Positions 24,821 through 30,790 of a DNA stretch of 30,790 bases are shown here, one piece after another. Position 1 is the stretch's first letter. The number at the start of each line of letters is the position of its first letter. The DNA lies in the IMG/VR virus record IMGVR_UViG_3300043137_000081, positions 1 through 30,790 of that record. One strand, written 5' to 3'. The notes under the pieces are model-generated. The model was not told the origin of the DNA and did no database searches. It saw only the letters and a program-made list of their open reading frames with translations. The stretch is from a virus. Lineage: Duplodnaviria; Caudoviricetes. A program made the position numbers and the translations under genes.

Positions 24821-26722
24821 TTAAGCAACGTAACGTAGAGCGGCAACACCAGCTCCGAGGTTAGTAGCGATTTGAGTCATACCAGTACGTAGGCTGGCTA
24901 CTAGAACACGACGTTGAGTTTCAACGAGTTCTTGTGTATCCATACGTAGACCGCGTTGATTTCCAACGATGAAGTTAGGTGTGTAAACTGCGATTGCACC
25001 AACGTTAGTCAATGTAGCGGCAAGGTTAGTACCATTAGCAGCAGCAGGAAGTTCAGCAGAAACTAGAACTGGGCTGTTACCGATTTGACCGATTTGACCT
25101 GTTAGCAAGGTAGCCTGTGGGCCAACTTGGTTCATTGTTTGGAAAGCTGTATCTTCTAGCAAGTTGTAGTATGTATCGGTATTAACGATAAATGTTACTT
25201 CAGCTGGATCTAGACCTAAAGCACCTAGGGCTTTACGTAGAGCGCGCATGTTAGCCATAGTTACTGCAGTAGCTGCTGGGGTAGTAACTGAAGATACACC
25301 TGCGTAAGCTGAAAGACCTTTAACTGGGTCAGAACCTGAACCAGCACCTAACAAGAATGCTTTGTCGATAGCACGAGCTGTACGACGAACCATTGCATCA
25401 CGAACGATAGGCATCAAAGCGATCAAGCTATCTTCTTCTTCTTCGTAAGCCATATATTCGTTGGTAGCAACTTTATATGCATTCAAAGTGATTTCTTTCA
25501 ACTGATGCGTAGCGTTACCACCGGCACTGCTGGTAGAACCAAACTGTGCGTTAGTAACCCAAGTTGCGTAACCTGCTTCTGGGTTTACTGGAATCGTCAT
25601 AACGTTTGTTTGCATAGCAACGTTACGTAGGATTGGAGCAACCACTAGCTTACGACGAACTTCAGCTTCCATAGTCATAGAAACTTCAAGTTCCCATGTA
25701 GCTGATGGCAAGTGAGCACCAGTTTTTTCCATCAATTGACGACCAAATTTGGTGTCTTGGATTGACTTACCAGTAATGCGAGAAAGGATAACTGCCTTCT
25801 CTTTGTCAGCGTATGAAACATCAGCAGACTTGCCTTCGGCGAAAGTCATTTTTGACTTTTGCATTGCTTCGATTTCAGCAGCTTTTTCAGTTAGAGCAGT
25901 CTGTAGACCTTCTAGAACTGACTTTGTGCTAGCAGCTTGATCAGCGAAACGCTTCTCAACTTCAGCCATTAGTTTCTCAGCACCGGTTTCGGTAGGAGTA
26001 GCAAGAGCTACAGCTGCCTTGATGCGAGCTTGCACTTCAGCTTCTTGAGCATCAGCAAGGGATTTAGCAGTAGCTTGATCGGCCAATGCTTTAGCAGTAG
26101 CATCAGCTACCATTTGTTTAATTTCGTCTTGGGTCATTTCGACTTCCTTCTGTGATTTGCTGTCTGCTTCCTTAGAGGATTCTAGCCCTTTAGCTGATTC
26201 GCTTTTGGGTGCAAACTGCGATTTAAATTTTTTGTACTCATCAGCATCTGAAAATGCTTTAGACAAACTAAAAAGAGTGTTTTGGTTACAAGGAACTGAT
26301 ACAACTGATATTTCTACCAGCTCCAACTCTTTGATAACAAATAACTCTGCTACAGCATTATATTCCGCATCCATGATGCGGAATCCAACGCTAAATGCGG
26401 TTAATACTTCATCTTTTACTAAACTAAAAATCTCAGCAGCTGCTGAAATTCTTGCTTTAATCCATAGACCTTTAGAATCAATCCTGTAATCTACCATACG
26501 ACCGATGGGGTCATCGTGGTCATGTTGAGATAATAGGATGGGGTTCTTTAGGTAATTCTGAATACCGGCTTCCCAAACACTGCTAGGAATTACATCTCCC
26601 GATCTATCCGTATCATTGGTACTTGCGTAGCCTTCAATATAGATAGAGTCAATGGTGTCGCCTGCTGAAGGTGTTTGTTTAGTAAAAGTACTATTTACGA
26701 ATAATACTTTTTCTTTACTCAT
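24821..26722 (-). CDS. Prohead protease (HK97/S78 family)-major capsid protein fusion (633 aa)
   Basis: N-terminal ~190 aa: IEGYAST..DRSGD, HDHDDPIG, FSVGF, EISVVSVPCN. Then a coiled-coil delta domain and an HK97-fold capsid domain (EEEEDSLIALMP, DKAFLLG, GQIGQIGNSPVLVS). No stop between the parts. Confidence 0.93.
   Translation of the reverse strand: MSKEKVLFVNSTFTKQTPSAGDTIDSIYIEGYASTNDTDRSGDVIPSSVWEAGIQNYLKNPILLSQHDHDDPIGRMVDYRIDSKGLWIKARISAAAEIFSLVKDEVLTAFSVGFRIMDAEYNAVAELFVIKELELVEISVVSVPCNQNTLFSLSKAFSDADEYKKFKSQFAPKSESAKGLESSKEADSKSQKEVEMTQDEIKQMVADATAKALADQATAKSLADAQEAEVQARIKAAVALATPTETGAEKLMAEVEKRFADQAASTKSVLEGLQTALTEKAAEIEAMQKSKMTFAEGKSADVSYADKEKAVILSRITGKSIQDTKFGRQLMEKTGAHLPSATWELEVSMTMEAEVRRKLVVAPILRNVAMQTNVMTIPVNPEAGYATWVTNAQFGSTSSAGGNATHQLKEITLNAYKVATNEYMAYEEEEDSLIALMPIVRDAMVRRTARAIDKAFLLGAGSGSDPVKGLSAYAGVSSVTTPAATAVTMANMRALRKALGALGLDPAEVTFIVNTDTYYNLLEDTAFQTMNQVGPQATLLTGQIGQIGNSPVLVSAELPAAANGTNLAATLTNVGAIAVYTPNFIVGNQRGLRMDTQELVETQRRVLVASLRTGMTQIATNLGAGVAALRYVA
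26135..26149 (-). promoter_or_regulatory. Internal RBS and in-frame ATG (Met196) for a stand-alone 438-aa capsid precursor
   Basis: AAGGAAG-TCGAA-ATG ACC CAA at the protease/capsid boundary. Confidence 0.65.
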
Positions 26723-26742
26723 CTTACTCCTTAATATATGCT

Positions 26743-27936
26743 CTAAGTAGCTGGCGTATCTGGCTTTTTAGGTGCACCACCCAAACTAGGGTTTACTGCT
26801 GAACCTGCAATATTTGCCGGTATACGTAAGTCATCATGCCCGGCTATTGGAGTATATCTTAGTTCAACCCTAGCTTCGTTAGCAGAAATAATTCCACCAT
26901 TAACTAATGTTGTATTATACGCAGCTATATCTTTTAACTCTGGCTGTAAGGCTGAAACGTTAGTAGTAATAGCATCAATATCGTATCCGAAGTATCTCTC
27001 CATTGCTGAAGAATATTTCCGAATAATTGGCATAATTGTTTCTAAATAAAATAAGCGCATATTAGGGGAAATATTTGCATTGTTTCCGCCGTCTAGTAAT
27101 ATGCTAGGCACTCCGAGCGCTTTTAATATTTTAATGTCATGGGACTTGATAGAGTTATCAAAATCCATATCTTGAAAACTGGCGTTTAATAGATTACTTG
27201 GCTTTAGTCCAGAATCTAGAATCATTGGCTTTCTAGCACCGTTTTTAGGGCTATAACCTGAAATCCAGTTTTGAATTGTTTTTTGCTTAGCAACTTGGCT
27301 TAGCGTATTATCTGTTGTTAGTACCATTCCAGGTACTGCACCGTTCTCAAAGAAAGTCTCTTGGAACGCCTGCATTTTATATAAAATCTCTATAGACCTA
27401 TTAGCAGATACTAATCTTGAAGTACCGCGATAGATAGAAGTGCTACAAGTATCTCTAATATGAATGATTTCGTCAGGCTTAAAATTCTGCATATTATTGT
27501 AGGTGTATCCTGCAATAAAAGTCTTAGCGTCTGGCAGAACCTGCATACTTGCAGCTGGTAGATGATATAAGAAAGCGCCATCGAAGTAAATGAAGATGTT
27601 ACCTTCTAGGATAAAATCTGTAAAGATACTTGATCTAAAATCTTGTGCTGACTGATATGGGTTGGGTCTGAAGTTCAGTAGCGTAGCTAATGTCTTTTGA
27701 CGCATACCTGGACGAATATCTGAGGAGATCTTGTCTTTAATATCGAAGTCTAAACTAGCGCAACCTGCTACAATCATACTTGTACCACGATTAACTGTTT
27801 CTAGTTTCTTGAAAGAAGCCCTATAACTAGCAGGAGCGTCAGACCCTACGATTATACCTTCTTGTCTAATAATTATCTCTTGCGCGGGGTTAAGTTTCTC
27901 TCGAAAGTAACTCCCTACGTTATTGTACCATGCCAT
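26743..27936 (-). CDS. Portal protein (HK97-type, T5 pb7-like)
   Basis: EKLNPAQ N-terminus; LLNFRPNPYQ, DFILEGN, EIIHIRD, FFENGAVPG, ILDSGLK, ALGVPSILL, GIISANEAR. Confidence 0.95.
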   Translation of the reverse strand: MAWYNNVGSYFREKLNPAQEIIIRQEGIIVGSDAPASYRASFKKLETVNRGTSMIVAGCASLDFDIKDKISSDIRPGMRQKTLATLLNFRPNPYQSAQDFRSSIFTDFILEGNIFIYFDGAFLYHLPAASMQVLPDAKTFIAGYTYNNMQNFKPDEIIHIRDTCSTSIYRGTSRLVSANRSIEILYKMQAFQETFFENGAVPGMVLTTDNTLSQVAKQKTIQNWISGYSPKNGARKPMILDSGLKPSNLLNASFQDMDFDNSIKSHDIKILKALGVPSILLDGGNNANISPNMRLFYLETIMPIIRKYSSAMERYFGYDIDAITTNVSALQPELKDIAAYNTTLVNGGIISANEARVELRYTPIAGHDDLRIPANIAGSAVNPSLGGAPKKPDTPAT

Positions 27937-27944
27937 AAGTGCCC

Positions 27945-28379
27945 TTAGGTAAATTGGCTAAAAAACGAGCCTACAACAGCAGAACTCTTACTTACCTCTT
28001 TACCAGATGCTTTATCCCGTTGAATGTCAACCCAGCGTGCTTGACGCTCAGCTGAACCGGCTGGAGGAGCTTTTCCGAATATCCGATGTAATGCGACATG
28101 ATGTTTATTGCATAAAGTACGAACTAAGTCATATAACTCAGTCTGATGTTCGGCAATAAATTCATCCCTAACTTCGAGTATCCCAGCATCTGTGGAAATA
28201 TCGTAATGTTTTCTCGTAGCCCAGCTTTCCAGCAGGATTGTAATAGAATGAAAGTGATGTAGCTCTAGGTCGCCCTGAGTACCACAAATATAGCAACTGT
28301 CCTTCTTATCGTAGGCTGCCTTAGCTTTATCTCTTACGTGTTTGACGGCGATACGCTTATTCTCTGTATTTTTAGCCAT
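27945..28379 (-). CDS. HNH endonuclease, T5 nicking-endonuclease-like (144 aa)
   Basis: CYICG...LELHHFH...TLCNKHH..LH Zn/HNH pattern; same terminase-portal position as the T5 nicking gene. Confidence 0.8.
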   Translation of the reverse strand: MAKNTENKRIAVKHVRDKAKAAYDKKDSCYICGTQGDLELHHFHSITILLESWATRKHYDISTDAGILEVRDEFIAEHQTELYDLVRTLCNKHHVALHRIFGKAPPAGSAERQARWVDIQRDKASGKEVSKSSAVVGSFFSQFT

Positions 28380-28409
28380 ATTTTGTACGCACGTTTTAGT
28401 AATGCTCCA

Positions 28410-28438
28410 ATTATACCACCCATGCAGCGGTATGTCAA
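28410..28438 (-). promoter_or_regulatory. Consensus sigma70 promoter for the head operon
   Basis: CATAAAAAATTTATATA-TTGACA (28438-28433), 17-nt spacer ending TGG, TATAAT (28415-28410). Confidence 0.9.
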
Positions 28439-28477
28439 TATATAAATTTTTTATGCTCTCATACCCTAAATTTATGC

Positions 28478-28506
28478 TTGCCGCGAGGCCTTGCTTATGC
28501 TATAAT
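28478..28506 (+). promoter_or_regulatory. Divergent sigma70 promoter for the GIY-YIG cassette
   Basis: AAATTTATGC-TTGCCG (28478-28483), 17-nt spacer ending TGC, TATAAT (28501-28506). Confidence 0.8.
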
Positions 28507-28525
28507 ACATCAAAGGAACACGATT

Positions 28526-29107
28526 ATGACATCAGGAATATATCAGCTAAATTTCGATAACCAGGCTTTCTATATCGGACAATCTGTAGATATGGAGACT
28601 AGGTGGAAGCAGCACTCCGATAAACTTAAGAAAGGTACCGCTGCTGCTAAAATGCAGGATGCGTATCACCAGTTAGGTATGCCGTTTGCTGAGATTCTTG
28701 TAAGGTGCCATAAAGACCATCTAGACACTATGGAGAACTATTTTATACATATGCGTAAGGCTATGCCTAACTGCTTAAATACTAGTGCTCCTAAGCTGGA
28801 TCCTAATATAAATTATAGCTGGATGCTAGACAATCCACAACTATTGCAATACTCTGCATTTGATATTATGGCGCAGTATATAGAGCAGTATCACGAGCAT
28901 AATAGTTTACAAGAAAAACACGATGATTTAAAGCATAACTTCAATAAAGAGTATATGCTTCACCAAGCAGCAACCGAACTTAAAGAGGGTAAAGATGAAA
29001 ATGCAGAACTGGTTAGAGCATATCACGCTAGGCTTCATGCCGCGCAAGACCGACTTAATAAACTTAACAGTAGAGGCTTCTTTGGAAGGCTATTCAACTA
29101 TGACTAA
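28526..29107 (+). CDS. GIY-YIG nuclease with C-terminal coiled coil (193 aa)
   Basis: ATG 28526 with AAAGGAA RBS; SGIY...FYIGQS...RWKQH...E...LN catalytic-domain pattern; ends RGFFGRLFNYD. Confidence 0.85.
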   Translation: MTSGIYQLNFDNQAFYIGQSVDMETRWKQHSDKLKKGTAAAKMQDAYHQLGMPFAEILVRCHKDHLDTMENYFIHMRKAMPNCLNTSAPKLDPNINYSWMLDNPQLLQYSAFDIMAQYIEQYHEHNSLQEKHDDLKHNFNKEYMLHQAATELKEGKDENAELVRAYHARLHAAQDRLNKLNSRGFFGRLFNYD

Positions 29108-29267
29108 TAAACAGCAGATTAAAGCACTAGATTATGTAATGGGCTTAATTAAGCATTACCCGTCTAGTGCTTACGCATATAACGTATATCGTCTACTAAA
29201 AACCACACGAGAAGAAAAATACAAAAGATTACCATGGTATAAGCGGTTGTTTATCCACCGATGGTAA
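29100..29267 (+). CDS. Small basic hypothetical protein (55 aa)
   Basis: ATG 29100 overlaps the end of the GIY-YIG gene, GGAAGG upstream; MTNKQQIKALDYVMGLIKHY...PWYKRLFIHRW. Confidence 0.6.
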   Translation: MTNKQQIKALDYVMGLIKHYPSSAYAYNVYRLLKTTREEKYKRLPWYKRLFIHRW

Positions 29268-30579
29268 ACGTGTAAATAGCGTATCGCACAGCGTCAGCCA
29301 TGTGAGATGCCATTCCATGCTCTGGACGCTCAGTTGTTACTGAATCGCGACCATCCCAGCGGTATTGGTCAAACATGAACAATGTATGTTCGCAATGGGG
29401 AGATACTTTAATCCTACCCTGTTCCACTAAAGTCTGTACTAGCGCGATGCCGTCTAGTACGGACTTTTTTGCTTTTATGGTAGCAATATCGTATGTGTAG
29501 GCTAAGTCAGCAGCAGTTTGAGCAGCTGCGGAGTCAATGAAGATGTTCTCAATTGACCACTTAGTAATTAGCTCATTTAGCCGTACGACGTGCCCCGCAG
29601 TCGTAGCCTGTGCTTCTTGGTACTCGTCTACAATGTGATAACAATCGTCAGCCGGTGAATACACAACCACGCAGAATGCAGTAGGGTCTTTGTAACCAGG
29701 GTCAAGCCCTGCAATCACTTCATCACCATCTCGCTGTACATAATCTAGTACATGAGTATCTTTATCAAGCCCATAGATCTGACCCTCGTACACGCTAAAG
29801 GAAGCCATGTATTCTTGTTCAAACTCGGCTTTAGACATTACAGACTTAGCCTCTTGAACGTCACGCTCGCTCATACGTGGGTTTTCACTATAGTCCGCAG
29901 TGATACTAGCCCACTCGGGGAAGTTCTCTGAAAAACCACGATCAAAGAATCGACTAAACCAGTTACCGCGTCCGCGGGGTGTACTAATAAAGATTGCCTT
30001 CGAACCCGGCTTATCCAGTGTAGGACGCAGCGCAATATTAAAAGCCTCTTCACCACCTGAACCCAATGCAGCCTCATCAAAGATAATCAGGTCATACGAA
30101 CGGCCAACACTACTATCCACAGTAGACAATGAACCAAGTCTAATAGTAGACCCATTCTTTAATTCTAACACACGATCTTTTACGTTATCACGAGCCATTT
30201 CCAGGTCAAAGCTGCGAATCAAATGCCTTTGCAATTCAAATGAGATACTGCTCAAGTTATAATTCGGCGATATAATCAATATATTACACCCAGGCACAAG
30301 CATCACTAGCTGTCCAATAACATTAGCGATGTAGGTCTTTCCAAGACGCCTAGCTAGCGCAGCACAAATAAACCTATAACGTGGATTATTAACTGCATTA
30401 ATTAACGCAATCTGGGCGCGGTTAATTTGTTCCCAAGCCGTCGAAGGCTTCCTAGTCAATGGATCCTCGGCCGGTAATAGCTTCAAATAATTTACAATAG
30501 GTAGTTTAATGAACCTAGTAGCAACTGGAAACTCTGTAATCGTTTCACGATCAATATCGGGCCTAGAAATTGTTAGCAT
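29251..30579 (-). CDS. terL: Terminase large subunit
   Basis: Walker A ARRLGKT, Walker B YDLIIFDEAA, motif III ISTPRG, RNase H-like GLDPGYKDPTA, C-terminal HMADAVRYA. Confidence 0.96.
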   Translation of the reverse strand: MLTISRPDIDRETITEFPVATRFIKLPIVNYLKLLPAEDPLTRKPSTAWEQINRAQIALINAVNNPRYRFICAALARRLGKTYIANVIGQLVMLVPGCNILIISPNYNLSSISFELQRHLIRSFDLEMARDNVKDRVLELKNGSTIRLGSLSTVDSSVGRSYDLIIFDEAALGSGGEEAFNIALRPTLDKPGSKAIFISTPRGRGNWFSRFFDRGFSENFPEWASITADYSENPRMSERDVQEAKSVMSKAEFEQEYMASFSVYEGQIYGLDKDTHVLDYVQRDGDEVIAGLDPGYKDPTAFCVVVYSPADDCYHIVDEYQEAQATTAGHVVRLNELITKWSIENIFIDSAAAQTAADLAYTYDIATIKAKKSVLDGIALVQTLVEQGRIKVSPHCEHTLFMFDQYRWDGRDSVTTERPEHGMASHMADAVRYAIYTFTIGG

Positions 30580-30623
30580 ACATATAACATAAAAAATACA
30601 ATGATTATTAATAAAGCTAGCAT
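30573..30623 (-). CDS. Putative 16-aa hydrophobic linker ORF (MLALLIIIVFFMLYVC)
   Basis: Its ATG overlaps the terS stop (TAATG) and its stop lies 4-6 nt inside terL (GTATGCTAA). Confidence 0.45.
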   Translation of the reverse strand: MLALLIIIVFFMLYVC

Positions 30624-30790
30624 TATTTTGGTACCGCGTCTAAGTTTACCAGTTGATTAATTAGCTGACCATACTTAGAGCCATCCGACCCGTTGATCTG
30701 CACATTTACTTGATTCTTAACATTAGTAGCTTGTTGTACCTTTTCAAGCTCAATCTGGCGAGCTAAAAGTTCCATCGACATTTTATGCGA
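30623..30790 (-). CDS. terS: Terminase small subunit, C-terminal part (starts beyond right edge)
   Basis: Open frame SHKMSMELLARQIELEKVQQATNVKNQVNVQINGSDGSKYGQLINQLVNLDAVPK*; HKM.M and KNQ.NVQIN..Y..L resemble T5-family TerS as recalled; upstream of terL. Confidence 0.75.
   Translation of the reverse strand, partial: SHKMSMELLARQIELEKVQQATNVKNQVNVQINGSDGSKYGQLINQLVNLDAVPK

Noticed and set aside
383-26489. Many plus-strand ORFs in the track (e.g. 1013-1468, 5389-6033, 6196-7041, 17359-18000, 26157-26489)
   Set aside because: Antisense shadows of real minus-strand genes; no motifs, and they mirror the coding repeats and codon bias.
27882-27888. GCGCGGG as a T5-type nick site
   Set aside because: A single 7-mer is roughly expected by chance in this window, and this enzyme's specificity is unknown.
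28478-28525. Track start of the GIY-YIG gene at 28478
   Set aside because: That TTG is the -35 box of the promoter; ATG 28526 has the RBS.
1-30790. Stop-codon reassignment, introns/inteins, tRNAs, integrase
   Set aside because: Genes tile densely under the standard code with TAA, TAG and TGA all used as stops; terL and portal are normal length; no tRNA or recombinase recognised.
1-30790. Apparent abundance of CTAG/GTAC/AGCT tetramers
   Set aside because: Plausibly explained by codon preference (CTA, ACT, GTA, GCT); I cannot quantify it without a k-mer model.

Overview
This window is the virion-morphogenesis (late) region of a large, AT-rich, T5-like (Demerecviridae-like) siphophage, encoded almost entirely on the minus strand. 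In transcription order (right to left) it holds: end of terminase small subunit, a 16-codon hydrophobic linker ORF, terminase large subunit, an inverted two-gene cassette (GIY-YIG nuclease with coiled-coil tail plus a 55-aa ORF), HNH nicking-type endonuclease, portal, a single-ORF prohead protease-major capsid fusion with an internal RBS/ATG at the capsid junction, head completion, enlarged tail completion, tail terminator, tail tube, tail assembly chaperone pair joined by a -1 frameshift (A AAU UUC), and a ~2360-aa tape measure protein. Next come a non-T5-type tail tip, a Gly-rich fibre with its chaperone, an 11-repeat fibre and a Gly-rich adhesin. A last operon carries a membrane/coiled-coil protein, a collar-like adaptor, a collagen-like linker and two fibres with T4 gp37-like N-termini. 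Intrinsic terminators immediately followed by near-consensus sigma70 promoters divide the region into transcription units. All homology calls come from recalled motifs and gene order; no database search was run.
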